DNA of 64,000 nucleotides from an uncultured Nitrososphaerales archaeon (GCA_963709405.1 CAVPXM010000061.1:46423-110422), one strand, 5' to 3'; positions 1 to 12,149 are shown, counted from the stretch's first letter. The notes: generated from the letters alone by a model not told the origin. A program made the numbers and translations.

Positions 1-528
1 GGGTTACGTCGTTTTCATTAGTATAGGGTTCGGTTGTTTCCAGTGGGTCAAGGTTTGTCTGCTTTATTGATTTCGCTCAGTCTGGACCCATTCTGCTATA
101 TGATTGCACTGTCTGTTTTCTATACGAATACGTTTCATAATTGCCATATTTCATTTCAAAATCCTTGATATTCTTTACATTAAATTTGATCGACTATATT
201 GATAATATCATGAGTCCTGATCTGATTTTGGGCATATGACAGAAGATTCTTTTTTTATCTCTTTTTTCAACTGAACAGCATTTCATATGGTACAATAACT
301 TTTAACTTGCTTGCTTCCTTGATCTCTGCTGGCATATGATAACGAGTGGAGCATATTTCGTTTCTACAAATATCACAAATAAACATGTCTTGTGTCATTA
401 TCACTATCATTTATTTATTAATTATTATTTAGGTTGTTTGATTGGGCAAGTAAATAAGTGACAAACTAAACGTACCCTTTTGTTAACTTTTAATAACAAA
501 ATCTCCCGATTGATTCATCAGAATCTAC

Positions 529-1454
529 ATGAACGATAATAGCAATAAAGTAATGATAATTGGATTGGGCCCTGCTGGTTTAACTTGCCGCTATCTATGC
601 GGAAGAGGAGGACTGGAGCCAGTAGTAAATCAAGGAGTGGAAATCAGGAGGGCAGTTGAGGAGTGAACAACCGACGTTGGAAATTTTCCTTGGATTTCTG
701 ATGGAATAGGATTCGATTTAATGCAAAGTATGCAAGAAAGCAAGCGGAAAGGTTCGGCACAAAGTTTATCGATGGAGCGGTTGGTTCAGTAGATTTTCTA
801 TCAAGGCCATTCTAGATTAACATTGGAGATACTGCCCAATATGGCAGAAGCTGTCATAATTGCAACTGGTTTTTAAGTGATGGCTTGGGCTAGAATTCTA
901 AAGCAGATTGAAAGGTAAAGGAGTATCTCGTATGTAGTACTTGCGATGGTTTCTTTTTTAAATGTAAAGATGTGGTAGTAGTAGGAGGGGAGACGTAGCC
1001 ATAGAGGAAGCTTTATTTCTTTCAAAACTTACGAATAGTGTCAAGGTTATTCACAGAAGAAATGAGTTGAGCGAATAACACAACAAAAGGGCATTCAACA
1101 ATAAGAGGATCTCGTTTGTTTGGAATAGTGTGATTGACGAAATCCTTGGTGAAAATAGGGTAGAAGGATTAGAAATACAATAAATTTACTCTCAAACGAG
1201 TTATCGGATATAATGTGTGTGCAGTATTTGTGGCTATAGGACACAAACCAATAGACATATTTTCAGAGGTAAACTTGAACTTGATAACAAGGGATACATC
1301 AAGAAATATGATGACAAAGCTGATTGACGGGTATTTTGTAGCCGGAGATGTTTATGACTATATATATAGACAGGCGGTAACAGGAGCAGGATTGTGTTGT
1401 AAGGCAGCAATTGATGCAATTAAATACCTTGAAAGTAAGCAGGATAAGGAGTAA
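529..1454 (+). CDS. trxB: Thioredoxin-disulfide reductase, heavily frameshifted (pseudogene or read errors)
   Basis: ATG at 529 opens MNDNSNKVMIIGLGPAGLT (FAD-binding motif). Pieces in shifting frames give GGQL, VENFP, CDGFFF, VVVVGG, IHRR. The C-terminus reads FVAGDVYDYIYRQAVTGAGLCCKAAIDA. Confidence 0.85.
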
Positions 1455-2740
1455 TAAGCCTTCTCAAAAGGTTGGAACTGTTGAATATTAACTTTAACTA
1501 AAGGAAGGACCTACCTTCGTTTGATTGACTGAATCTGCTTTGTTGCATAACTAAGCAAATCGCAACGTATGACGATAAGCCGATAATATTGTATTAATTA
1601 ATATCATGTATTTATCTTAAACATGACTCTTCTAAACCATAAGGGACGAAGGATCAGAGTCATGCAACAAAACACCTGTTTTCTGAAGTCGTTAGAGTCT
1701 TTAGGGTAATTGGAGCTTTAAACAATATTTTAATCCTTTTTGTCGAGAACATACAACTTGAAGACCCATTATCTTAGCTGAGTTGCTGTACATTCAATGT
1801 TGGTGGTATTATCGTTTTTCTATTATTCGTATTATTTTTTATATCTCTTAGCGACAGAAATGATGACGCCATTATTGCTGTGGGGTCCCATAAATATGAA
1901 AAGACCTCCAAATAGAAAAATTAGGCTAGAACTAAATATCCTCCTATAGTATGAATTTGTGTAAGATGTCTAGAGGTTAATTCAGACGTCTAAAAATTGC
2001 ATTCCGAAAATGACCTCTTTTCGAGCTTTCGTGTATGGGCTACAGCCCTAAGTAGAAGCTTCTAATGAAGTATATCCAAGAGGAGCACGGGGATAAGATA
2101 TGCCAAACCAGCACCAATTATCAGTTGAAAACTCCAAATATGCTGATTACGCTTTGGCCTATCGAAACCTCCCGAATTTTTACTCCTAAAGTGGTGTAGG
2201 CGGCGTGACAAACTGATACTGATCAATGTCAAAGAGACAATAACAGCAGTAGGCCAATCAAGAAGGGCTTCTCTGATCTCTACTGCTTTGCATTTCAAAC
2301 CATTTAACCGGAAGCAAATAGTTGTATAAGACCATTTCTTTATTCTTCTAGGTATAAGTTAGCGACAAGCCTGCCAGAGCCCCTTCTCGTTCTGGTTAGA
2401 AAAGGTTCACCTGAATGCTGCTAAAGCCAAACTTCGTACAATGAAACCTGAGTGTATAACCTTACCGACAATTGGTATCAAGTGACATAAAACCGAAAGA
2501 AGCCAACAGCATAAATGGTCCCATTATTTCACTACTAAAAGTGATATCTCTTAGCAGAAACAAACTAAGCACGTCCTCACTGGAAGCAAAGGTATTGTCT
2601 AGTGTATAAAGCAAAAGTTAAGGTTTGATTATGGTGGCAGGATTTTCAGATGTAGAAGTATTGGAAGAGAAATTGTATCTGGACGGGGATAGTGTGGAAG
2701 GCAGAAGAATTACGAGTTTGGTATTAAAAGCAATAAGATA

Positions 2741-3217
2741 GTGAGGTCTGAAGAAGAGGAGAATTTGGATTATGAAATTTTCATTTGGCAGAGTAGTAAA
2801 TCAAAGGCAAAGCACACAATTCTTTTTGTATGCATACAAAATGCAGGTCGCAGTCAAATGGCTGAAGGATTCTTTAGAAAGTATGCTCCAAAAAGCTATG
2901 AACCATTAAGCGCTGGAACCAAACCTACTTCAGAAATAAATCCAATTGCAATACAAGCAATGAAAGAAGTAGGAATAGACATCAGCAAGCAAAGACCTAA
3001 GGATATGACTGAAGACATGATGACAAAGTTTGGTAAGATAGTGAATATGGGTTGTATGGATAAAGATTGGTGTCCTACCGCATTCGTTCCTAATCTTGTA
3101 GACTGGGGAATAGAAGATCCAAATGGTAAATCAATAGAAAAAGTAAGAGAAATTAGGGATGAGATTGAAGAGAGAGTAAAGGAATTGACTGCAAGCCTAC
3201 CTAAGGATGTTGACTGA
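2741..3217 (+). CDS. arsC: Arsenate reductase, thioredoxin-dependent LMW-PTP type (second copy)
   Basis: LFVCIQNAGRSQMAEG (CX5R), MGC..WCP redox Cys pair, DWGIEDP. A 1-nt deletion after the paralog's ATG (2772) shifts the apparent start. Confidence 0.85.
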   Translation: MRSEEEENLDYEIFIWQSSKSKAKHTILFVCIQNAGRSQMAEGFFRKYAPKSYEPLSAGTKPTSEINPIAIQAMKEVGIDISKQRPKDMTEDMMTKFGKIVNMGCMDKDWCPTAFVPNLVDWGIEDPNGKSIEKVREIRDEIEERVKELTASLPKDVD

Positions 3218-3264
3218 TAGATATCACATCTTTATTAATCCACAGTTTCGACCTGATTGATTGA

Positions 3265-3490
3265 TTGATTGATTTTGTGTCTCTAAGATTGGAACAGAAA
3301 ACACTGACGAAGATAACAAATAGATTAACTCCTAACCAAAGAATATTTTTTGCAGACATTATTGGCACATTCATTGTAGTAGTTCTTGCAACAGGTTCAG
3401 TGGTAATTAACGCCAGATTAAACGGAATATTAGGTATCCCTTTCATTGCATTTGCTCCATTTATAGGAGTTGCTGTAGGAGTCTACTTAT
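3265..3490 (+). pseudogene. Truncated MIP/aquaporin 5' fragment
   Basis: Nearly identical to the first ~75 aa of 18405-19130. Homology breaks off before the first NPA motif. Confidence 0.9.
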
Positions 3491-3503
3491 GCCTATGCCT
3501 ATT

Positions 3504-4713
3504 TCAAAAAATTCTATGATGAGGATGATGTCTCAAATCAATTACTATCTGTATTGCGCAAATTACAGATATGATTAAGATTAATGCTAATGGTAAAATT
3601 GGAATTGCCAGTACTGGGATAAGAACTATTACAAACCCGGCTATAAATCTGTAGATCGATCCTTGAACCAGAATCTTTCTACTTCTAATACTACGCCTAT
3701 TACTGTGGCTACTACTACTATCCGCACCATCCTCATCATCATTGTGACTTGCACTGGCTATAGTAAACTGGATAACTCCAATTGAGAATAAACATAGCGA
3801 TACAGAACCACAGATTAACCATTCACCTGCGTACGATAATGCTATATTTTGAGATGCTGACACAATGTATCTTATACCTGTTGCAGTACATACCAATCCT
3901 ATAACTAAAGGAAAGTGGACATAGAGCCACGTTATGTAGATCCTTATTCTTCCCTTTTGACGAAATGCACGAATCGGAGCTCCATCGGTATTATCAAAGT
4001 ATAACCACCAAAGTCCAAAAGCTATGCTTAAACCGGCTCCTATGGATATCGTAGATTCTAGATCCCACTCATGGGAAGATAAAATACTCACAAGACCAAA
4101 TATTGTCTCTCCTATTACAATTAAAGTAAATAGTCCCATTCGTTCAGGTAAATGAAAAAAATTTGGAGCGAGTTGTACGTGCTTTCTTCCCACTATAAAA
4201 GTGGTGGCAATATCTATGGCTATTGCTAATGACCAAATTATGAAACGGAAAGGAATAGGAATAGCTGCTGATATCAACCATAGCATTGCAGAAATCAGAA
4301 AACCTTGTGCGTATCCCCTCGCAAACTTACTAGCAGAAGGTATCTTGCGACCTGCACGTATATACTCAATAACTAGAAGAATTCTTATTGCAGCATATGA
4401 TATCGCAAATTTGTCTGATGTTTCAGCCAATGCCCCATGTATGTTAATAGTAAGAGTCTGCAGCTCCCATCATCTGAAGAAACACCAATAGACGATGGAA
4501 TAAATCGTCAGTCTCAAACCTAGCCGAGTAAAAAGTAAGCCCTACCCATGCCCACATTACAGGAACAAAGAGTGCTACATTTCCAAGAAATGCTGTAACG
4601 GAATTAGTATTATCATGTAGGGTCAAACCTATCTGGGAAACAGGAAGAGCATAAACTAAGTCGTAGAAAAGTTCTAGCCATGATGCATGACGTTCTTTTT
4701 CTACGTTGGTCAA
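3504..4713 (-). CDS. ltrA: Low temperature requirement protein A family membrane protein (frameshift near 4440)
   Basis: ERHASWLELFYDLV N-terminus, HLPERMGLFTLIVIGE, LWWLYFD, WLYVHFPL. Split over two ORFs. Confidence 0.85.
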
Positions 4714-5277
4714 TATACTGTGATCATCATAAAAATCATGTTCAATTAAACTGCTTCTTGCAAATCATCATAATCGGAGTCTAAACAGGGATCTTTACTT
4801 AAACCAGCCTTTTTATCAGTTATAAAGTCATGTCGAAGAAATCTTGTAAAATTTTACTACCAAGATATAGTAAAGATATTCAGGATAAATTTGCCCTTTT
4901 TCACATAGTTGTTATAAATGGATGACGTCATTTTCCTTTTTTTGGCTTTTTTACTTAACTTAAAGATCTGAATTTGAGGGAGTTGTAAAGAGGTATTCTC
5001 AGCGGATTTACTTTCAAATGAACAGTTGTGCTGTCAACATGAAAATACCAATGATGTTGCTTACTGGGGGTTTTTAGAAGATGAAGCAGAACAATTCTTT
5101 AATAGGAGGATAAAAGAGTTAGAGCAAGTGTGTATTGACCGAATAATAGAAGCATTTATTTCAGGTTCAATATCATCGCAGTTGACTAAAGAGTCATTTC
5201 TGGATTCAAAGGCTGTACCTCCTATGCAAACATATGGGAATGAGAAGTAACATCCGCTCCAATAAGCGGATATAGTA

Positions 5278-6384
5278 ATGCTCGGCAATGAACCCAATAT
5301 TATTATAACAAACCGACAATTAGACTACGTAATGAATGGTAAGGATAGATCTATATTCCATACTTCATATTACTTGACGGCAATAACGTTTCTCGTACTT
5401 GGTATAATTGTTACCAGCATATTTGGTTGCACATTATCATTATTTAACCAAAATCAGCCTGCAATGGCCAACAACAACAGAGTCTTGCTTCAAAAGACAT
5501 ATCTTTTGATATTGATAATGTTACATTTTCCCATCATATGACACCTGTTAATGGTATTCAGCTTCACTACGTGATAGGTGGCCATGGACCTCCACTGGTC
5601 TTGCTGCATGGATGGCCAGAAACATGGTATGAATGGCGTCATGTCATGCCAGCCTTAGCTAAAAATTATACTGTGATTGCACCTGATTTACGTGGATTAG
5701 GTGATTCTTCAAAACCTCTTACGGGTTATGATGGTAAGACTACTGCAGAAGATATACACCAATTAGTAGCTCAATTAGGATTCAAACAAATCTTTTTGGT
5801 AGGACATGATGTAGGTTCACAGCCAGCTTATTCTTATGCTGCCTGCACACCCAACAGAGGTAAAGAAGTTAGTAATTATGGAATATATTTTCCCTGGTTT
5901 TACACCTCCTCAGCTTGAAGGAAAAGTATGGTGGTTTCCTTTTCATCAAACACCAGACCTACCAGAAGCACTTGTAGATGGAAAGGAGCGCATGTACTTG
6001 TCATGGTTCTATCATAACATTGCAGCCAATCCGGCTGCAATAACGCAGGCAGATATCGATGAATTTGTTAGTCATTATTCTGCTCCAGGTGGAATGCGTG
6101 ACGGATTTAACTACTTCAGAGCATTCCCAGAAGATGCGATTCAAAATATGAATTATTCAAAGACAAAGCTTACAATGCCAGTACTAGCAGTAGGAGCGGG
6201 ATATATTCCGGCTTTTGGAGGCGATGTTACTATTAACTATGCACTCTACGGAATGCAAAAATTAGCTCAAAATGTTACTGGTATTAAGGTTCCTCTATCA
6301 GGACACTGGATTCCAGAAGAGCGGCCAGACTTTGTAGTAAATATGCTTAACAATTTCTTTGGTGGTGCTAACGTAAAAAAATAA
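5278..6384 (+). CDS. Alpha/beta hydrolase (epoxide hydrolase-like) with N-terminal hydrophobic segment; two frameshifts
   Basis: LLHGWPE, APDLRGLGDS, GHDVG nucleophile elbow, SGHWIPEE catalytic His. Split across three ORFs. Confidence 0.85.
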
Positions 6385-6411
6385 TTGTGCTAGTTTAATA
6401 GCCTCCCGTCC

Positions 6412-6457
6412 TAACTAACTGAGGCTTGGGCATATTCCAGATCCATATTTTATGTCT
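6412..6457 (+). mobile_element. Isolated terminal stub of the IS at 43512-44683
   Basis: TAACTAACTGAGGCTTGGGCATATTCCAGATCCATATTTTATGTCT is the exact reverse complement of 44645-44690. Confidence 0.85.
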
Positions 6458-7076
6458 CAACAACTAACTAGTACCTATTGCTGACTGTTGGTGTACGCTT
6501 TACCTTGTTACCCTTGATTGTAGTCGGTCTAGGTACTTTTGGCTTGGTATATGAATCTCAACGAATATGATACTCAATAACAATAACATAATTCAACCGA
6601 CGGGCAAAATATTGGACTACAGATTAGTAAAGTAAAGAGTAAGAAGGTAGGGGTATTCCACTTTCTGCAATTCTCAACGACTGTGATGCCAACTTATCTT
6701 CATAACACTAATTAGACTCAGGTCAGTTTTATCAGGTACTTATTAAACCAGTTACGTCTGGTGATCATACGTTGAGCCTCTATACTTGTCAAAAATTACG
6801 ATTGTCTGCCTGCTGTCACGAGTAGGAGTCCATGGTTGATATTCCGCCCCCAGAGATTTTTGAACTGTCAGTTTCCTGAAACAAGACATTCAATTTATTA
6901 TGCCGATTCCACTCAATTGGTTTATTATTGAATCCATTGTAAACTTCATTTGCATAGCACTTATTATGAATTGAACGTAATAAATTGTCTAGACAATAAT
7001 TTTGTAAAGCCCAACCCGACAGTATGTTGTTCCTAAAATTCAGCCGTTACCTATGCTCCTGAAATTTCCTTCTATG

Positions 7077-8102
7077 CTACATCGAATCTCCTGCTGTGGT
7101 TCCATTAACTACTTCGCATATCAATCGGTCAACTAGAAATGTGTAGAACTCCTTTGCTTGATCCAATATTTGAGTCTTGCAGACCTCAACGCTATTATCA
7201 CCATACTGTGATTGTTGATTCTGACCTCCATACGTCAAGTAATCGTAGTCTCTGCTTGACGTTGGATTATTAGAAGACACTAAAGAAGAGCACTTTTCTG
7301 GATTATTTGTCATGGATTGGATTACACATAAAAGAGCCAATTCCAGAAGCGGTCTAATTTTTAATAGATTCTTCTCGACTTCTGCCTTAGCAGCTCTTAT
7401 GATTTTGGTATATTCTCCACCATCATTGTTTTTAAATTCATTCACGACTGCTTCCATGTTGGCTACTTGATGCCGTAGATCTCGAGCTTTTGATTTTTCA
7501 TTTTCACATTCTTTTCTAAGCTCATCTAGTTTATTGCTCATAAATGAAATCTGGTCAGTTAGAAATTGCAATTCTCTAGTCGCGGTGCTTATATTAGACT
7601 CCAAATTGCTGTTTTGTTTTTGAAGCGCTTCGTACATATATTGGACTGATGGCAAGTAGTTATTGGCGATTTTAAGAAGGTTGATTACCTGTTGTCCACC
7701 GATTTTTGCTGCCTTTGCTTGCTTACATAGAAATACAAAGTTCGCGATATCTCCTTTCAGGTCTAGGCACAACTGGGTGACATCGTCAAGCTCAACCAGT
7801 CTCAGATACTCAGCATAGTGCTGGGTCGCCAGAGCTTCTCCAATGTTTAAGTCAATTGTTACTTGTAAGGGTGTTTTGCCATTGGAAAAGAGTTCATAAG
7901 CTTGTACGGCTAAGGATTTGTGGTCTTTTCTTTCTTTTTCCAAACATGCCTTGTCTATAATGGGTTTAATATCTCGGGGAGACATCCTTGCTATTTTTGC
8001 TATTTGCGGATAGGTCTTGTTCTGCTTAAAATATAGCTCTAAAACAAGCTCTTCTCTTTCTTTTCTGCTTAATACCCTATCTGAGTCGAAATCTGATACC
8101 AT
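7077..8102 (-). CDS. Uncharacterised protein with N-terminal HTH-like segments and a long coiled coil
   Basis: Intact 341-aa ORF. KTYPQIAKIARMSPRDI and GKTPLQVTIDLNI resemble HTH motifs; the centre is a heptad-rich helix. Resembles a multicopy Nitrososphaeraceae family (recalled, not searched). Confidence 0.75.
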   Translation of the reverse strand: MVSDFDSDRVLSRKEREELVLELYFKQNKTYPQIAKIARMSPRDIKPIIDKACLEKERKDHKSLAVQAYELFSNGKTPLQVTIDLNIGEALATQHYAEYLRLVELDDVTQLCLDLKGDIANFVFLCKQAKAAKIGGQQVINLLKIANNYLPSVQYMYEALQKQNSNLESNISTATRELQFLTDQISFMSNKLDELRKECENEKSKARDLRHQVANMEAVVNEFKNNDGGEYTKIIRAAKAEVEKNLLKIRPLLELALLCVIQSMTNNPEKCSSLVSSNNPTSSRDYDYLTYGGQNQQSQYGDNSVEVCKTQILDQAKEFYTFLVDRLICEVVNGTTAGDSM

Positions 8103-8150
8103 ATACCTTCTACAACCATTTATAAAAACGAGTATAAAATAAAAAATCGA

Positions 8151-8262
8151 CTGTTATCATTTCGATCCGTCTGTTATCATTTCATTACCATTTCCATCGC
8201 CTTGATATCTATCCGTCATCAGGCATTATCATTTATCATCTTGTATAACCGCCTATTACCAT
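8151..8262. promoter_or_regulatory. Array of six direct TTAYCAT heptamers upstream of the TATA box of 7077-8102
   Basis: Heptamers at 8154, 8174, 8185, 8226, 8233 and 8256. CTGTTATCATTTC occurs twice, 20 bp apart. Confidence 0.55.
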
Positions 8263-8501
8263 GCAAATTTACCTGAACTTGATTTGCATATTAAATTAGG
8301 TCTAAATTGAAATATTAACTTCACATTTGATATTGGAGACGCTCCTGATTACAGAACAATATTAGATCTCTTTATATTTTATCCAAGAATATTATTTACC
8401 TTAAACATGGCGCTCGCCTAAGTTATCTGACCCTGTTTAAAGCGAGCGATAAATGAATCGATAAGGAAGAGCCTAACGGATCAACTAACCATTGTGTGAA
8501 T

Positions 8502-8640
8502 TCAGTAATGATAATTGAGTTGAGGTAGCATTGGGATTACCTTGTAGAAACGATAGAAGGAGTCAGGCCAACCATGCGTAAGGGTAATCGGAATTGGATT
8601 TGTGCCCTTACCCTTCATGTGAATAAGGTGGATATTCACG
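8502..8640 (-). pseudogene. Microsomal-type epoxide hydrolase fragment
   Basis: IHLIHMKGKGTNPIPITLTHGWPDSFYRFYKVIPML. Confidence 0.75.
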
Positions 8641-8774
8641 CCATACACCATAATCACTTTCACGACAGGGGTTGTTAATGTTGTAGTCGCTATTGTAGTT
8701 GCATCGATAGCCACTACAAGCGTCGTCTATGCACAGGATTCAAATACGGTACAGTCAGCCAACTACACCAATAC

Positions 8775-9100
8775 CAATAATATCAAATTCATGACTTCTT
8801 TAGCCATCCATCCTGATTGATTTTCTGACAATTCTTTTCTTATCTTGGTAGATGTTTCTTCCGACACTTCTGCAGGTTTACCACTTCTATGCTTATTCTT
8901 TAGTCCTTCCAAACTAGCATTATCAGATCTCTTGAGCAATTTGTAAGCCTACCATCTAGATCTATGGAATTCCTTTTCAGCTACACTCGATGCCTCTTTC
9001 TTATCTTCTCTAACAAGAATTACTAGTAGAATTCTTTCCCTTATGTCAAGTCTTTTTCATTTCTATAGGCTTTGCTCAAAGCTTCAGTCGCCAACAGATT
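8775..9100 (-). mobile_element. IS630-family transposase N-terminal remnant
   Basis: Manual translation: KAYRNEKD..IRERILLV..EFHRSRW*AYKLLKR..LEGLKNKHRSGKP..RKELSENQSGWMAKEV. Confidence 0.7.
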
Positions 9101-9199
9101 AGGTACACAATGCGCTCAAGCTAAATTTGTATTGGCCGAGACCATTAGACAGTTGTATCAAATTATGTTAGGCAGAACTCAACAATATCATTTGCCTGC

Positions 9200-10180
9200 T
9201 GTAGCTGATTTTTTTGATATGAATCCGTCATATCACTATTCACGGGATTTTGTACATAACACAAATAAAGGATTCATGAATTCTGTTACTGAATTATTGG
9301 AACTATATTCGAATATGAACCCAGAACTTGAGAAATGGTATTATCATACATTAGCAAAGTGATATATCTTCTGCCAAGCAATTCTTTCGTACTTTTGTAG
9401 CGCCTAATATCGCTTCAGGAATATGCCCATAGTCAGCATTTGGCAAATTCTCTGATTTCATTGAACAATCAAATTATAATCCGAGATCTACCAACAGACA
9501 CTGTGTCTATTATTCTCTTAAAAGAACATTGGAACAATTTGCAGATTTTCCAATTAAAACAAAAGAAGGCGAAGATAGATTTCTTCTAGTGGCTGTCGAT
9601 GTACAAACAGATGATGCTGTTACATTTGATAGCAATACTAATGAAGCGAAATACCATGATGAAGACATTGTATTCATGTGAGGTGTAGTGATCGAACATA
9701 CGCTTGCAACTGGGACTTTTCCGGGCTTTTTTTGACTATCCAAAGTTCAAAGTCAATAAGCATTGAGGAACATATCTTTTGGGACGGCTGGTTTAGAAGT
9801 ATACTCCGCTAAGGGAAGTAATACAGACACATAGAGATTATTGGTATAAGATAAGAAAAGACACAAAAGAAGAAGAGGAGGATGAAGATAGACTTGAAAC
9901 TGATGTGCCAGACTTAGAGGTGTATATAGCTGATTTGTGGCCTTCAGAACTTAAGGAAAAGCGAGTTTTTTGATGATCTCGACTTTGTAGTAAATAGAAA
10001 GTCAGGCATAATGTTTGGTAATAGAACAGACTATGATGAACAGGTACGTTGTGACTGATTATATTGATTTGGCTAAGCAATTAAAGAACCTTAAAGAATC
10101 AAAGAAGCGGGGTTTCCCCGGATGAGATAAATCATATTTTGGATCGGTATGCAGCTAGTAAGAATACAACAGTCCAAACA
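9200..10180 (+). pseudogene. Degraded patatin-like phospholipase
   Basis: Fragments LEQFADFPIKTKEGEDRFLLVAVDVQTDDAVTFDS, IEHTLATGTFPGFF, FWDG, TPLREVIQTHRDYW, LEVYIADLWP. Boundaries approximate. Confidence 0.7.
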
Positions 10181-10430
10181 TACTAATGCACAATATTTTT
10201 CTAATTTCTTCTCATATCTAACTAAAAGTTTTCTGAGTGAGTGTATGGAGAATTTTTGGTAAAAAAATACTGCGTTGACATTGTTGAACAGGCCTTCTGA
10301 TATTTCTTGCTAGTTATAGCATAGTTTTTTATCATCTTCGCTAGGCGCCACTCTCTACATTTAATCTTTCAATCCAGACGTTAGTAGAATACACTCTTTT
10401 CCAATATTATTATAGCAGATTTTAGATTGA

Positions 10431-10526
10431 GCATTATCATTAGCCAAGGAATGTTATGGAATGAAACTGGATCTGTTAATAAATGCTATCATAGTTGATG
10501 ATGCTATTAGGCGTGTGTCTGAGAAC
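10431..10526 (+). pseudogene. Remnant of a multicopy Nitrososphaeraceae hypothetical protein C-terminus
   Basis: ALSLAKECYGMKLDLLINAIIVDDAIRRVSEN; family recognised from memory only. Confidence 0.45.
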
Positions 10527-11166
10527 TCCAAACATCCTCATAAAATACAATATATACGGGCTTATTCTACCTATAGAATCAAGACAGTTATAATAGTGGC
10601 TAATTTATAATAGTTATTTCAAAGATAATAGTGTAATTCATAAAAAACCACAGAGGTAGCTGATTTTTCTCATAACAAAAAGGGACACGATCGGTTACGA
10701 AGACGATAAAATACAGTAAAATCTAAGTCCTAAATGCGTGTAAATATGTCAAAAAATGTAGCCTATCTCAATAGATGCATACGATGGTATTCCTTCTTGG
10801 ACTCTTTCATCGGAGACATTCCTTTCAGATCGGATAGGTGAGTCGCTACAAAAAACAACTACTAATGGTAGACTGATTCCAAATGCAAAAATATGCTCTG
10901 TCCCTTATTTTTTTTGGTTAATTTTTAGATGAATACAATAAAAGTATAATGGGGGAGATAAAGAGTTAAGGATTTCTATTCTTCTGTTTAGACATTACAT
11001 GAGTCATTGCCTTGGTGACATACCTTATGAATCTAACTTAGATGTTTAGGTTATCTTAATTTTCTGCAGAACTTCAATTACTTATTCTCAAGTTGAAATT
11101 CAGTATTTGGTCTTAGCACAAGTTAAAATTCAGCACACAATACGTTGAAAAACCTTATAATTATCT

Positions 11167-11610
11167 GTGAGCCAAATTGCAGTTGCAGCTACTATATGTG
11201 CAACGACAATAACACCAAAATTATTTCAACAACAGGCTATAGCACAAGGTGCACCAAACTTAGTACAAGGTGAACTTACTGCTGCTTCAGGTAGTAAACC
11301 ATTTGGAGGAGAAAGGGTTGGATCCTATGCGATTCAACCACAAGCACAAATGTTAAGCATCCTTGTAGGTTTAGAAAAGGCACCATCTGCTGGAAAGGTC
11401 TTTAAAGCATGGCTTGTAGACACAAAGGCAAGTTCCTATCTAAGTTTGGGTGAGGTAAGCGCAGATGGCAAACTTACCTTTAATCAAAATATTGGCAAAC
11501 CACACGCATATAATCAAATACTCATATCTGAAGAATCACCCAACAGTTCAACTCCAAAGCCTTCTCAGATTATTGGTGGTGATGCTCTTCGAGCTCCATT
11601 TGGGACCTAA
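11167..11610 (+). CDS. Secreted protein with RskA (anti-sigma K) C-terminal-like domain
   Basis: Signal-like N-terminus ending AIAQ; APSAGKVFKAWLVD..YLSLG..ILISEE..P..IIGG pattern. Confidence 0.6.
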   Translation: MSQIAVAATICATTITPKLFQQQAIAQGAPNLVQGELTAASGSKPFGGERVGSYAIQPQAQMLSILVGLEKAPSAGKVFKAWLVDTKASSYLSLGEVSADGKLTFNQNIGKPHAYNQILISEESPNSSTPKPSQIIGGDALRAPFGT

Positions 11611-11912
11611 TCTTATTTTTTTGAAACTCTTTTTACTCAAGTTCAACTTACGTAATAGAACGAAGCATGTTGGTATGGTTGGCAAACCGGTAGAGAAAGG
11701 ATGATTGAGAAGTAATGACAGGCAAAGTTTTGAACCATATTATTCTTCACTCTAATTTAGTTTTTTTACATCAAACCTGATGGTAATAGTGACAAACAAG
11801 AACAACAACTAGATTTTGTTGTAGGCCTTACTCGTATCACCATCTCTAATTTGATTTACAGATTTTGTATAGTGCTGAAAGCATAATCAAAAACGAACCT
11901 TCTAAGCTGAAA

Positions 11913-12145
11913 CTATAAGATGACCTTTTCTCCTTTTTCTGAAGTAGATGTCCTAATTGCTTGGTCTATGGTCGACACAAAAATAACACCGTCTCCATGT
12001 TGACCTTCTACTGTTTTGGCAGCCTCCGTAATTGTCTGAATAACAGAATGTAATTGTGAATCCGGGATAACGATTTCAAATTTTGCTTTTGGAATAAGAT
12101 CAAATGCAACTGGTTGTCCTCTGACTGCAGATGAAAGTTGTCGGT
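11913..12145 (-). pseudogene. P-II family protein lacking its N-terminus
   Basis: IPKAKFEIVIPD..GQHGDGVIFVSTIDQAIRTSTSEKGE. The N-terminal MKxIEAI segment is absent. Confidence 0.75.
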
Positions 12146-12149
12146 TGTC

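Larger units (their letters stand above)
2637..3490 (+). repeat. Inverted partial duplicate of the ars operon (arsM 3' tail, arsC, aquaporin 5' part); other copy at 18905-19767
   Basis: Near-identical to the reverse complement of 18905-19767, from GCAGGATTTTCAGATGTAG to GGAGTCTACTTAT. Confidence 0.95.

Noticed and set aside
529-1454. Programmed frameshifting or true pseudogenisation of trxB (also ltrA, hydrolase, GT2, DUF2334)
   Set aside because: Scattered single-base indels without slippery-site logic, densest near the window ends, are more simply explained as uncorrected long-read errors. This cannot be resolved without reads.
1622-1664. 9-bp stem hairpin CATGACTCT..AGAGTCATG as a SECIS element or riboswitch
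   Set aside because: Single copy with no recognisable family motif and no linked UGA-recoded gene; it could arise by chance.
2062-2298. Possible chromate-transporter C-terminal fragment
   Set aside because: Only a vague resemblance; the upstream frames show no ChrA motifs.
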